Both the position numbers and the translations under genes were made by a program. A DNA stretch of 64,000 nucleotides from Octopus sinensis. Its lineage: Eukaryota. The notes below the pieces were generated by a model. It saw only the letters and a list, made by a program, of their open reading frames with translations. It was not told the DNA's origin and did no database searches. Shown in pieces: positions 37,139 to 52,200 of this stretch. The stretch's first letter is position 1. Each line of letters starts with the position of its first letter. The stretch lies in NCBI RefSeq assembly GCF_006345805.1, contig NC_042999.1, forward strand, positions 166,036,001-166,100,000, written 5' to 3'.

Positions 37139-38939
37139 CAGAATATTCATATTTTAATGAATGGGTTAAAGTAAAGAACCCATTTAAATAGTGTTAAATT
37201 AGTCTGTGAATTGTATTTAATTTATATTAACCTAGGCTACTGAAATTACTGAAGTGAATGATGTTTAATCTATAGTAATGAAATCATGTTGAGGCATCCA
37301 TAATTTCATAATAATAATTTTATAATAATAACAAATGCTATTTGTCTTACAAATCAATTATCTTCAGTTTTTAACTTCTGAAATATCTACTTATAAATTT
37401 ATTGGAATGATAAAACTGTTATCAAGTAACATAAGTATTGTTAGAAATATTTAGCCCTGCTAAGTTGTATAAAAATTTCTTCTCAAACTTATCCCAGTAA
37501 AACTTCTCAAAGCTTTCAATTTAAAGTTCACTGAGAAAAAAATAAGTCAAAAATAATAAAATGAAATGTAAGATTTGTTAATTCACCAAAAATTATAGAA
37601 GTAAAAATAAATCAAAGAGTAATAGGAAAAATGTTTGAAATGTTGACTTTGGCTTTTAGTTGGAACATTTAATTTGATCATTTTACTTGAGTTGTTGAGC
37701 CAATGTAATTCTTGTTCCTTTGTTTCTCTGATGGGATAATGTTTTTCTGAATTTTGAACAAAAATATTATAAAATCTTGTTCTTGCTATTTATAATTTTT
37801 GATCTGAAAACAAGAAGAAAAACATGACCATATTCCTGAAACAGAACCAATAGGTTTAATCATAAATTTCCCCTCATTTTTATTCTTCATCCATGTACAA
37901 AGCTAAAATTTCAGTATCATTGGAATTAGTCATCAGTGTTTAATCTCCATGGCATTTTAATAACCTGAGAATAAAAGAATTCAGTACAGTTCTTGTTTGG
38001 TTGCTTTGGTTCAAATTTCTAGTCTTTAAAGACTTTATCTGAAAAACAACAAAACACCATTCTCTCTGCTGCTGCTTAAATTCTAAAACCTCAGCATCTA
38101 TTTGCTATTGTATCCCGTCCATTTTGCTATTATATCAACACTATACTTTAGTAGAGGTTTCTTATAATAACCATCTATTGTAAATGATGAATTTGAGGAG
38201 AATTTGATATCAAATAGTATTGGATAATATAGTATAGATAATTAATATAATAGCAATAGAAAGACTGCCAAATACAAGCAGTGATAATTAATGTGCAGAG
38301 TTGACAAATCGCCAACTCAGAACTGTTGTTGAAATCAACAGCTTGGTGAAACAAGTTCTTATTTTATGCCATAGATGTCACACAGCCTACTAGTTTTTCT
38401 CCATTCATTTTCATATTTTAATTAAATAATCCTAAAATTTTGACCTCTTAATGTATATTATTTGGGTTCCTCCCTCATCCTATAGATAATGTTTCTTTAT
38501 ATTTTAGTTTCAAATAAAAGTCATCCTGTATATTGCATATGTGCATATCACTTCATAAGTCTGAGCAGTTTTCTTCCAAACTAAGCATTAGAGGCATTGG
38601 CATATCCAAATAACAAGGTGTCTGACTCCGGAGCAGATTAAACAACAAGTAAACAACAGTTTAATTTTCCATGTATCTCTGATTTTGATTTCTGGGTTGA
38701 TGTATGAATACATCTTCCAGTATTTATGATGTAGATTCCTTGCTTCAGGCTGACGCTTATGTCAGGCCTCACACTTGCAAGTTTATCCTGCCTCATCAAT
38801 TGAATTTGTATAAAACAATTTTTTTTTAACTGAAATATTATATATCATTTATTTGTGTATAAACAGTATTTTAGTGAGCAAATTTTATATATATATAGTT
38901 TTCTTATATATAGAAAGATAATTTTGCTTTAAAGTATGC

Positions 38940-38995
<56 letters not shown>

Positions 38996-41900
38996 GTATG
39001 TATATAATTAAACCAAAGGTTACATTTAGAAATTTCTTCTCAACAAATGCCATATGAAATGTGATCATGAATCTTAGAACGGATAAAAGCAAATATAAAA
39101 CCTGGAAAATTGAAGTTCTAAATGCATTGTTGCTTTACACACAGTTGCACATGATGTAATTAGTATTTATATATATATTTTTTTTACTTTTCAAGTGTTC
39201 TGTTAATATAATTTGGTTTGGAATAGAATGTGTCTTGCTTCCTCTCTTTACATATATATCTGCACACACACAGAGAATTACCTAAATAGTATATCTTCCC
39301 AATTGTATACAATTCTGAAGAAGCTCATTATAAATTAAATACTTATATAACAAGAAAAGAAAAAAAGAAGAGATTTTAGTTTCCCTGCAGTAATTTTAAC
39401 TTTTTTAATTTTTTTTTTTTTTTTAGCTTTAATGGAAAATATGATGTAAAATGACTTTTATTGATTTTATTGAGAGAGTAAAGTTCAGGTTTTGAAAATT
39501 GGTCTGAATCTTATAGCATATTTCTTTTAATTATTTTTACACAGGCAATGTGTGAAGTTAAAACTAGTAGATATATTTTCTGATGGAGGAAATTTCCCTT
39601 TGTAGATTTCCATCCCTCCTCTCATTGTTTACTAATTTTTGTATTTTTGTACAAAAATTTAATATAAAGAAATTCTATCATTAATTTATATTTATTGATT
39701 TAATTTTTTGTTTGTTTCTGAAGTTTGCTTGAATTAAGAAAAAGACAAATGTAGTTTATTTTCCCAATTAAGAGCAAAAATTGCATTGAAGTTTCAGGGC
39801 TTTTTCCTTTCTGTATTATGGTGTTGCATAAAGAATTTGTAAAAGAAAATCTTATCATTGCTCACCTTTGTGAAATAATTTTAGGGTTTAAGCCATTTCT
39901 TTAAAACTTTGCCAAATTGTTCATTTTGGAAAGAAAAAAAAATATTGTTTAATGTCTTGTCTTTGAACTCTTGCTTTTAGTAAGTGAACAAAATATATTT
40001 ATTTTAAACATAATTATGATTTTAATTGTCGAAATAAAAATTCACTGGCTGAATTAAATATTATTTTCCTGTTATTTGCGTTAAACACTTTTTACCTGTT
40101 TACTCAAACTTTATTTTGGTATATTGCCTCTCAAAAAACAAAAATTGCTCTAAATATTTTGTGTTGATGTTTTCTATCTTTCATCCATTGTTAATTTTGG
40201 CAGCAAACATTTATCCTGTAGTTCTTTATTAAACCAAAAAATGTATCATTTAAATAGTTTAACAAGGTAGATACTAAAGTATCTTACTAGTTTTATAATG
40301 CTAGATGTCAGCTATAAATTTCACTCTCAGTTGTATGCTAAAAGTCCCATTTTGTGTGAGGGAGAAAGAAAGTGCAACCATTTACTGGTTTGCTTCTTCA
40401 TTACCTACAGAATCCACTATACCATGCTATTGAATGCCATAGTATTGAACGCTAAAATATAAAGTTATCTTCCTACTAGTTTTCAGTGTATTTATCAAAC
40501 TTTTCACCGTTATCTTAAATTTAGAGTTTAATTCTGATTAAAACCCTTTCGTCTTCTACCTTCTCTTTTTAACTCTCAGTAGATGTAACTTCACTCTAAA
40601 AAAACCAATACTATCAGTTTTGACAGTTTACTCTTATTATTCCATTACCCAGCCCTTTATCCTTGCATTATTCAATTAGTAAGCCTTGTACATAGAAAAT
40701 TTATTTTATACACAACAGGTAACGTATACCACTAATTTTATTGCTACATACACAATTGGTGATAATAGCAGATAGAGCTGTAAGGCTTTCTCAAAATAAC
40801 AATTCCATACAACACCTCTTTCTACCAATTGCTTTTTGTAAGTTTATTCCAATTATTTTTAACTAACTCAACATGCTACCCTCATTTATATATACTATTT
40901 TAGGTATTGGATATGGTTTTCTGTAAAAATTTCACCTTTTGTCTTGTATAAAACAAGTTAAATACAATAAATACAACTTGTATTAGAAATGTGTAAAGGA
41001 AACATGGATTCCAAACTTGACCAATTTTTTATTTACTGACCTTGTTGATTGATGACTAATCAGCAAATTGGTAAATTACTTAATTGTGCAAATTGTGATT
41101 ATGCAAATGCTGAAGTCAACTGTTATTTATTGTTTTAGAAGGATCCTCTTTGAATCAGGTATATTTTGGCAGATCACAATTGCATGGAAGTATATAATTA
41201 TACCATCTAATTAACAACAGTCAATACATTAGAAAGCTCTGGCGCTGGAGGCTGCTTTAATGTTTTCTTTTGGAAATTTTGGTATATTCTGTCTGGCAAA
41301 ATGTGTTTTCAATAATTTACAGCTTTCTCTACATTACAAAATTACTATAAAGCACTCATGTTGGTGTCACATAAAGGCACCCAACACACTCTGTAAAGTG
41401 GTTGGTATTAGGAAAGACATCCAGCCATAGAAACCATGCCAAAACAGACAAATGGAACCTGGGCAGCTCCTGTCAAACTGTCCAACCCATGCCAGCATGG
41501 AAAAACAGACGTTAAATGATAAAGAAGTCCTTGTAAATGCTAAGTAGAGCTGCATTAGAGTATTTAGATTCTTTTTGTACTGGAACTCTGGTCTCTTAAC
41601 TGATTTCTAAAAATATTTAAATTCATTTCTCAGTTGTATAAAATGGATGACTTAACATGAATTATGTAGGTCAGCTGTTGCAGATTGAGAAATAAAGTTT
41701 GCTCAAGATCAAAATGCTACATGTATGGTAACAATTTTGAACTCCCTCCACTCACTGTCTTAATTCAAATCATGTATAATACTGCAGCATTGATTTTCCA
41801 CTTTAAACTAATCAATAGAAAATAATTTCAATGTTGATTGTATTAATAACTTCTACTGAAAATTATGTAGCTAGGGGTAAGTTGGCAGAGCTGTCAGAGT

Positions 41901-42389
41901 ATCAGATAAAATGTTTTAGGGTATTTGTTCTGATTCTCTATGCTTTTGAGCTAAAGTCCTGCCATGGTCAAATTTGTCTTTCATACTCTTGTGGTTAATA
42001 AAGAATCAGTTCATCATTTCTCTGAAAAAAAATTTGTTGTATTTAGACAAGAAGAGGTTGGACTCCAAGTTCACAATAGCACCCCTATGACTCCATCTGG
42101 ATTTAAGGGCCATCCCATTTCACCCTTAAAGCTGCATTTGTTTCAAACATTCAACTACTGTTTTAAAGTGCCTAAATACTTCTAAGTATTCAGTCCCTAT
42201 TGTTTACATGTCCTATGAGGTATAGCAGTTGTCTTTTAGCTGTTTTGTATACTGTCATGGGCTGGATGGTTTGACAGGAGCTGAGAAGGCAGAGGACTGA
42301 GCCAATTTCCAATGTCTGCTTTGGGATGGTTTCTGTAGCTGGACGCCCTTCCTAATACCAACACTTCAGAGAGGGTATTGACTGCTCTT

Positions 42390-43080
42390 TTTAAATATCG
42401 CTGGTGCTTGAGCGGTCACCAATTAAACTTACAAGACAAGATTCCTCAACTGAGTGGGTTGGCTTCATTTTAACTGATAGAGGAACAGAAATGGATGTCT
42501 TGAGTAAAGGAGATACATGGCTAAAAGATGGTGGTAAAGGGGTATCAGAGGATTGGACAGGGTGAGTTGATAGGTAAGTTTGTAAGAGTGTGAAAGGTGA
42601 GTGACTGAATGACAGAGTGGAGACAGAGGAGAATGCAGAGAATGGCAAACACAGGTGCAGGCTATATCAAAGGGTGAGAAACAGTGGAGGCAGTACAGGT
42701 AATGTGAGGTGTGGTTGGTATGTGAGATGCACAGTGGCAGGGTCATGGTCAGAAGTACATAAGAGTGGAAATAGTGGGAAATGAGCATAAGCAGTTGGGG
42801 CTGCAATTGACAGGAGAGTGTATATGGGGGAAGTGGAGGTGAAAGAAGCATCATTGAAAAATATAGTGGCATGGGAAAATACTGAAAATGTAGGAGACAA
42901 AGGAATTGGTTCTTGGGAGAGTGAATATGAGCACAAAATATTGGAAGATGGAATATGTTAATTTTCATATAATTACAGCAGCTGGGTGAATAGTACCATA
43001 GTAAGAAGACTGATGAAGGGGTGGGTGTTAGAATGATGAGGTGTGAAGAAGACACATCAAGGTTAGATTGAGTGCAAGGG
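42390..43080 (-). mobile_element. Degenerate CR1/L2-type LINE 3' remnant
   Basis: Composition and degenerate translation resemble 62440-63010. Confidence 0.4.
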
Positions 43081-43169
43081 TATGGACGTAAATATTATGC
43101 TTTTAAAGCCTTGATTTTGCAAAAACGAACAGGTCTTCTTGAGCATAGCCAATCTTCATTTCCTTTATG

Positions 43170-43660
43170 AAACTAACTCAACAACCCAAAGGTCATTCTT
43201 TGCTACTTCAGCCCAGATATACTTGGGTCTCACTTTACCACAGGTTCCATCCAGATTTAGCAATCAATATTTCTTCATGCAGTTGTCCCCATCCACACAC
43301 ATCAGATGACCATTCCAGCACCATCTTCTCTCTTGCACACTACATCTGATGCTTCATTCCCAAATTTTCTCTCGACAGATTTGCACTTTGTTGTATATGC
43401 ATGCTGGCATTGCACTTCCAGCAGAGCATGCTAGCTTCATTCCTTTCCAAGTCCTCTGCATTCAGGGCCTATGTCGTACTACTATGTAGCATTGCTGTTC
43501 ATGCATAAACATCATACAATTTGCCTTTTACAGAGTTCTCTAAGCTTTTTCCCTCCTATTCTAATGACTACACTTCCAGAACATCTTCCACAACTAATTA
43601 GGTTACCTAAGCAACTGACACTATCTGCTACCCATAGAAAACCTCCTGGGCATTCAAAAA
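43170..43660 (-). mobile_element. RTE LINE fragment
   Basis: Reverse complement aligns by eye with 26450-26950 (GAGAGAAAATTTGG...AAGCATCAGATGT.GTGTGCAAGAGAG). Confidence 0.75.
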
Positions 43661-43852
43661 AAATCTACTTTCCATGTGTTCTTAGTGTTTATTGCTCCTT
43701 TGCATCTGCCATATGCAAAGTCTACTCTCTCCATAACCTTATTGTGATTTGAAACCAACATTTTTTCCTCCAGACAATGTATGTCTGTCTGTTGAGACAG
43801 ACAGATATATATAGATATATTCAATGTCTGAGTTTATATTATATATATTTAC

Positions 43853-44595
43853 ATATTAGAAAAAATGAGGTACTCAGAAATCTGGATGGTTTTATATTTA
43901 GATATTTATTAGTATGTTACATGTTTTTTGAGAAGTGACATTTTGCCCCCCTTGAAGTGGCCAGCTGAGTTTACCATTTCTAAAAGCCAAGAATCATTTA
44001 CTATTGAAAGACTGACCAGTTGCAAAAATGTAAACACATTTTTTTTCTTTTTTCTCTCCTCCTCCTTGCTTTCATTCCCCTTTCCCATTTAACACATCTT
44101 TCAGATACACAGACACTCACGCACTCTCTCTCACAAGACAATGATAAAAAGGAAATCCAGACAATTTTTTGAAAAGTGCCATTTTGTTCCCCTTGGAGTA
44201 ACCAACTGGATCTGCCATTGCTAAAAGCCAAGAACCGCTTATTATTGACAGACTAGCCAGCTGCAAAGATATCAACAAAAAATTTTTTCTTCTTTCTCTC
44301 CTTTTTCTTTAACACTTCATTCAGATACAAAAACACACACACATGCTCTCTCTCACTTTCTCCCCATTCCTCACCCTATTGTACTATCTTATATCTCTCT
44401 CCACCCCTACACACTCAATAATACTATAAAAAGAGTCAAAATTCCTAAAAAAAGTTTGTTCAATTTGAAAAATCCACTAGAGTGGACGAAAGTGCTAATA
44501 TATGATATATGATTTATAAAAACATGTAACATACTAATAAATATCTGTAAATATAAAACCAACCAGATTTCTGAGTACCTCATTTCTTCTAATAT
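43853..44595. repeat. Fold-back / MITE-like element with about 75-bp terminal inverted repeats
   Basis: 43853-43927 and 44518-44595 are inverted copies (AAATGAGGTACTCAGAAATCTGG...TATTTATTAGTATGTTACATGTTT). Internal direct repeat near 43975 and 44216. Confidence 0.7.
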
Positions 44596-45013
44596 ATTAT
44601 ACCTGTACATCATCTCTAAACCTTATATATATATCAGAGACAAAAAAAAAAAAAAGAGTGATAATTGCACATTACTTTTGATGTCTGAAAAACAGTGAAT
44701 CTGGTGATTAGTCCAAAATAATTTCTACTACAATACACTTAGGGTATTGCAGTATAGGTCTCCATGAGATTGTACTGCTGCCCCCTATATGCCAAGGTTG
44801 AAACATGTTGGAGTAATGATAGTTATGGATTTATTAACAAGGAGTTTTAGTGATTTTTATTATAAATGAACATCAATAAGATGGTACAATTGCAATATGA
44901 AACAGGAACATTTAAGTCAATCATTGAAAGGTATCAACCACTGGTTATTTCAGTTAGATAATGATGATACTGCTATGGTGTTTTCTCTTTGCCAATAGTC
45001 TCCTAAAGGATGG

Positions 45014-45064
45014 TTATTCTCCAAATTTATGTTTACATGCTGTTTTCTTGGCATTTTGGATTAG
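45014..45064 (-). CDS. HDAC6-like: ZnF-UBP gene, last coding exon (LIQNAKKTACKHKFGE*)
   Basis: Acceptor TTTGTTTACTGTAG|. The KFGE end matches the HDAC6 C-terminus. PolyA-signal candidates (AATAAA on the - strand) near 44830-44860. Confidence 0.85.
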   Translation of the reverse strand, partial: LIQNAKKTACKHKFGE

Positions 45065-47689
45065 CTACAGTAAACAAACAAAAAAAAAATAATAATTAAT
45101 CAAGAATCTATAATGAAATGTTTGTGTATGTATGTATTTATTTGTACATATATGTATGTAATAAGAAGTAAAAGGGATTAAAAGATTGAGGCAGATATCA
45201 ATAAAGCTTTCAGTGTTAAAGGAATTTGGTTAGTTATATCTGACTATCAGAAACCAATAAATGCAAGTAGAATAAACATCCCAAGTAATTCCTTGCATAT
45301 GACAAATAGATCCAAATATTATTTAGAAGAATTTCAAGAAATGTGTATATAAAGAGCAAAAAAAAATAAGAATGGAAAAATCACATCTTACACTATACAA
45401 TACTAATGATCGATTCTGTTGTGTCAGCATATTTAGCTACAGAAAATTCAAAGTGAACCAAGAGAATATCTCTCGTGGATGAATTCATATTTAATATGTG
45501 ATGTGAAGGAGGGAAAAGGTGGAAGCAAAGAGAGAATTGTAGTAGTTTTACCTATTGGTTTGGAAATGGGTCGCTTTCAACGTCCATGTGCGCTATCCAT
45601 CGCTGTACAGTCTAACGCATCTCTGATGCACTGTCCACCGCCAACTGGCCACTCACGCCTCGCTGACCCTGCATGCCCACAGGCCCCACTTCCGACAGGA
45701 CATGCCTCCTCCCTCACTTCCAGTCCTTCCCTACAACACAGCCTGGCTCATAACACCACATAATAGATAGATAACTAATTGTTGTAATGTAGAATTTCTA
45801 TGTTTCTAATTGCTGTGACATAGAATATCTGTGTTTATTTTCTACTTTTTCATCATCTATTTATGTCATGAAAAGTTAAATATTAAACCAGCTTTTCTTA
45901 GAATATTAATATTTCTTCTTAACGTTCCTTTTTGTATGCATTCAACTATTAGTAGAGATATTTTCTTAGTTCACTTCAAATTTAATCAATTTTAGATTGC
46001 CTTGATAACTTTGTGTTAACATATAATTGCAGATATATCAATTTGACTGATAATTTCTGTATCTAAATATACTCACAACAGAAATAATTGTCAATATTGT
46101 ATGGTGTAATTAAAGATGTGAATTTTTCAGTCCTTATTATTGTTATATATATGTATACATGTATATTTATATATTCTATTCTTTTACTTGTTTCAGTCAT
46201 TTGACTGTGGCCATGCTGGAGCACCACCTTTAGTTGAACGAATCGACCCCCAGGACTTATTTTTTGTAAGCCTAGTACTTATTCTATCAGTCTCTTTTGC
46301 TGAATTGCTAAGTTACGGGGACATAAACAGACCAACATCGGTTGTCAAGCGATGGTGGACACACACACACACTATTAGTAGCTCATAACTATATACTGTG
46401 TGCTTCAAACAATCTCTCACTGGATGGAGTACTTTTTTTGTTGATCTTAACAGAAAAGTAAACTATGTATGGTGTATATATAGTAGAATTGGACGTTATC
46501 AAAGAAGCTTGAGAGGCGGTTGGATGGAACCTACACTCGCCTCCTTATGAGAGCTCAAAATCTCTCGTGGAAGCGCCATCCAACCAAAATGCAAATATAT
46601 GGGAAACTACCACCTGTGTCATCTCTTGTGAAAGGTAGGAGAGTCCAGTTTGCTGGACATTTTTGTAGAGCTGAAAAAGAGGTAATTTCTACTCTTCTCC
46701 TCTGGAAGCCATCTACTCGCAATACCAGAGGGCGCACACTCTCCTACCCTGATGTAATCTCCAGGGATACAGGCATCCAGCAACAGGACCTCCGTAATGC
46801 CATGATGGACCGTGAAGTCTGGCGTAGCATGGTAAATTCCATTGTCTCGACCACGGTCGAACAATGATGATGATGATGGTGTATATATATAATGTATGTG
46901 TATATGTGTGTGTGTGTGTGAGTTATAGCTCAAATATACAGAAAACAAAAGATAAAGAGAGGTGAAGGAACAACAAGCAGGAGTATCAGTTTGATGCTCG
47001 GAAGAATGGAAAATTTTTTGACATTTCGTGCCTATGCTTTTCAACAGAAAGGATTGAGAAGAAAAACATATATGAGAATTGAGAGAGTTATCAGTGTTTT
47101 ATAGAATACTTTGTAGTATCTATTCTGACTCTCCGGGCTCTGTGTTCAAATCCTGCTGGGGTTAATAAAGAAAAAAATCAGTTCAGAGCTGTGGATTGGA
47201 GAAATTGCTAGTGTTGGATGAGATGACTTGCAATGCCCCCTAATACTTTTGACCTTTAGTATCAGCAATATGAAAAACCTGCGGAAAAATTGTTACCTTA
47301 GTTTGATGAGGAGACTAACTACCAACAAACCCACCCCCACCCAAACGTCCCTGTCCCTTGGCAACAGGAGATTGGGTAGAACAATTGTGGTGTTGATGAT
47401 TACTTATTGAGGCAGAATGACTGTCCTCTTATCTCCAGACAATAAGCCTGTCTTTTTCCTTTATGGCATGGTCAACTTTAGAGAATTCTTGATTCCTTTC
47501 AGATTGTCTCTCTTTTTCATATGGAGTTGTTTTCAATTGCTATTTTGTAACTGTGACATGTTCTATAGAGTTGAAGAGAATTTTTGGGCAATCTTTCAGA
47601 GAAAGTCTATCAAAACTGAAAGTACTTGTCTGACAATCACTTACGTTTACATATTTTTTGTATATGTAATGTTTATGTGTGTGTGTGTA

Positions 47690-47728
<39 letters not shown>

Positions 47729-48623
47729 TTGCACATACATATACTTATATTAAAACATACATATATACAAAAAAAAATTCATGAATATAAGTGATTCAGC
47801 TGGAAACAAAAAAAAAAACCCAGAAAATAATTCTTTTACGGAAATTGCCAAATACTTTCAGTTTTCGATCTCTGAAAGATTGCCTAATTTTAACAAAAGA
47901 GTTTATGTTGTATGGCATTTGATGAACCTGTATTTTGTCTATCATCATCATCATCATCATCGTTTAACGTCCGCTTTCCATGCTAGCATGGGTTGGACGA
48001 TTTTGACTGAGGGCTGGCGAACCAGATGGCTGCACCAGGCTTCAATCTTGATCTGGCAGAGTTTCTACAGCTGGATGCCCTTCCTAATTATTCAAATACC
48101 TGTCACTAAGTTATTTCTTGTAGCTCACTTTTGTTTAATTTATGCAAATCATCTCGGCTATAAATGAGTTTGTCCCTTGGTTACTGGAGATAGTAAAAGA
48201 CAATTATTGTGTTGATGACACCTAAAGAAGCAGCAACACGTATCCACAACTGCCCTCTTATCTCCAGACAATAAGCTAATCGTTTTTCTTAAGAGCATGT
48301 TAACTCTGGAGAATTCTTGGTTCTTGAGACTGTCTCCCCTTGTCTTATGGAGCAGGTCTCAGTATTTGAACAATTTATGCATACACACATATAAATACGT
48401 ATCTATACACACACACATACAAATAAATACACACACACACACACACAAATAAATACACACACACACACACACATATAAATACACACACACACACACACAC
48501 ATAAATACACACACACACACACACACACAAAATACACACACACACACACACACATAAATACACACACACACACACACATAATACACACACACACACACAA
48601 CATAAATACACACACACACATAA

Positions 48624-48659
<36 letters not shown>

Positions 48660-48845
48660 TACACACACACACACACATAAATACACACACACACACACAC
48701 ATAAATACACACACACACACATAAATACACACACACACACACACATATATATACACACACACACACACATATATACACACACACACACACATAAATCACA
48801 CACACACACACACACATAAATACACAACACACACACACAATAAAT

Positions 48846-48876
<31 letters not shown>

Positions 48877-49177
48877 CACATAATACACACACACACACAC
48901 ACATAAATACACACACACACATAAATACACACACACACATAAATACACACACACACATAAATACACACACACACATATACACACACACACATAAATACAC
49001 ACACCACACACATATATATACACACACACACATTATATACACACACACATATATATACACACACACATATATACACACACACACACACATATATATACAC
49101 ACACACATATATATACACACACACATATATTACACACACACACACACATATATATACACACACACACACACATATAT

Positions 49178-49264
<87 letters not shown>

Positions 49265-52200
49265 GCATACACTTTTTAACTGTAATGGCTCTAGTCCTTT
49301 TGAGTTCAGCCATGTGGTAACACCACCTTCAAGAGTTTAGTTGATTATGTCAACCCAGTACTTATTTCTCTCTAGTTCAAGAGGGTAGCCAAGAAGTCAT
49401 GCTACTATACAAGAAATTTAAAATAATTTTGCTAATAATTATATTTTTTCTTATATTTCAGACTTCAGTCCAATGAACTAAAATTGTAGCATTTTATTTT
49501 GAATATGGATGGTTCATTGAGCATACATGCACCATTACAGAGTAAGAAACCTGCCCTTGAACTCAGTAATTATTTGTTTAATTCATTGTTTCCAAAAACA
49601 GGGCTCTGTGGTCAACTTGTAATGAGCTGGGAGGCTGTGTTCCATCCAAACCCTGGGAAAGAGGAATTGTGTTGAAGAAAGCATTCAGCAGGATGCAACA
49701 ACATCCACTAGATGCTGTTCCTGTGAGCTTGATAATCCCAAAACATCCTTACAACAACTTCAAAAGGATTTGCACAGGTACTAAAACAAGGTGCAACTGG
49801 TGCCAGAGATAAAGCTATTATATTAATAGTGACTAGTAGAATTATGCTGTTCATTTTCAAGATATGGCAAGAGACAACAATAAGTAAGGGATTTGCAGCA
49901 TATTAGGAGGTCAGGGTACTTGATTCCATGCAAAAGATTAAAGTTTTTGTTTTTTTCTCAGTGAAAATTGTGCAGGTGTTAATATAGAAATTTACCATAA
50001 TGTTGTTGTTATTTAGCCTCAAATCAACCCTGATACTGCAAACCTATCATCAAAGACATTTCAGCCTTCAGCAAACCGTCTTTTTAGGGGTAATCTAGGA
50101 CATTACAAACAATGGGTAGGGGATACTTTGGCTGCTATTTTTAGCGTGTTGAGCGACCAGGTAGAGGCTCTTTCATTGGTTTGATTGCGTGATGAGATTT
50201 TTTTACACATATATGTAATATGTATAGATATCATCGGCAGAAGTTAGAGAGTAAGTCAAAAGCTGAGATTTTCGTGTATTGGCACTTATCAAACACGAAT
50301 TTGTCCATTGTCACTCTGTAACTTCTGACAAAATAACTTCTAAAATACAAAATTTTGTCAAAAACGTTACAAGTAAACCCTGTTCTCTGTGACACATTCT
50401 ACCAGTATTGGAAGTTTGAAAGTGCTTAGTTAAAAAAATTTAACTAAAGAATCTGTATGCTAAAGTCGACCTCGGCGAAAATTGAACTCAAAATATAAAA
50501 ATAGATGAAATACCGTTAAGCATTTCGCCCAGCATACTAACGTTTCTGCGAACTTGCTGCCTTAGAAAGTAAACATTCATTTTAGAAATATATTCTTTAT
50601 TCTTATTGCTTAAGCGTTACTCCCTTACTTAACATTTTACTTCATAACTCTTTTTCTACTAACTTTTGTTCAATGTGACTAGCAATTCTGAACTCCTCAT
50701 ACATTTTTCTATCAGATAAGCCAAAGAAATGTATACTTTTCTTCCGAGGCTGAAAGAGTGTTAAGCTATTCAGACTGAATGAGATAACACATATCAATCA
50801 TCATCATCATTTAATGTTTTTCATGCTGACATGAATTAGATGGTGTGACTAGAGATGTTGAGCTGGAGAGCTGCATCAGGCTCCACTCAGTTTTGGCCTT
50901 GTTTCTATGGCTGGATGCCCTTCCTAGTGCCAAATAATTCACAGAGTGTACTGAGTGCCTTTTATGTGTCACCAGCATGGGTGTCATTCACACACCACTG
51001 GCACTAGGCCATGACCATAATCTCACTTGGCTTGATGCGTCTCCTTAAGCATGTCAATGAACCAGTGATATGCAATGTATGTATGTGTGTGTGTGAGAGA
51101 GAAAGTTTATCTATCAAACAGTGAGGAACGATTTAGCAGACAAGACACTGGACTATCTACTTATGGGTCATACATAAATTCAAACCTACTTCAGTTTCTG
51201 TGCAAAACACTTTATTCAGCATTACCTCGGCTTCACCTCACTGCCAGGAGTAGGTTACAGATTTTCTGGGCATGCTGCTTACAAAAGACCAGCATTCTGT
51301 CCAAGGAAAAATCTATCTTTCATCTAATCCACCTCATGAAACAGGCTAAACACTAATTCTTAAAAGCCTGATTATGAAGGCATTTATTAAATCACATCAA
51401 ATATGCACTCTGTTTGTTGAATGTATGCATGCATGGAGAATGGGCAGTGCTACATGTCTGAGTTGTGCTTTAACCAGTTCTTTAACTTTAAGGAAACTAG
51501 ATATATTTTCCCATCTCAATCTACATGTTGCAATTTCTACAGTTGTATGAGCCAACAAATCATCTTCAAAGCATATCCTGCCATCTGAAAATGAAGTAGA
51601 GTTACCATAAATGAAGGCAGGATGGTCAGAGAACGCTGATGATAAAAGTCGGAACAACACAGGTTTGTTTGATGAGGGCTGACCAGGGTCACACAACTAC
51701 AGCCCTTGTGGTTTGAAATAGTTAACTTATAAGTTAAACTTTTGACATTCACTTACCTCATGTTCAACATAACTGTTACATCCATAGCACCACACAGAAA
51801 GATCTGCATAGCTTAACACTATATAATGGTCAGGTTCTATTTCATGATGCTTTACCATATGTTCTTGTACATATCGACTACAGAAAACCTGTGAAATCCA
51901 GTAATTAAATATATATATATTAGTGACAATTTATTCATTATAGAGAAAGGCACATCTCTTGAAAATGGTGTCATAGTTATCCTAAGATTTACAATAAATG
52001 ATATTTAGTTGGTGGTAGTAGTGTTATTGTTTCTAAATATTACAAATAATTTCTAACAGGCTAAAGACCATAAATTTGGCAACAACAGATTGCAGGCATT
52101 TATTTTATTGACTCTGGTTAGGTTTGAACTCTGAATTTAAAAATACATAATTGATTACCAAAAGGCATTGAGTCCAGTGTTCACAACAATGAGAGAAAGA

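Noticed and set aside
48359-49313. Long Cys/Val-rich ORFs (255 and 312 aa)
   Set aside because: They are translations of (GT)n/(AT)n microsatellite, not genes.
49640-49960. Possible R4/Dong-type LINE 3' remnant
   Set aside because: Only a vague resemblance after allowing many stops, which is insufficient to assign.
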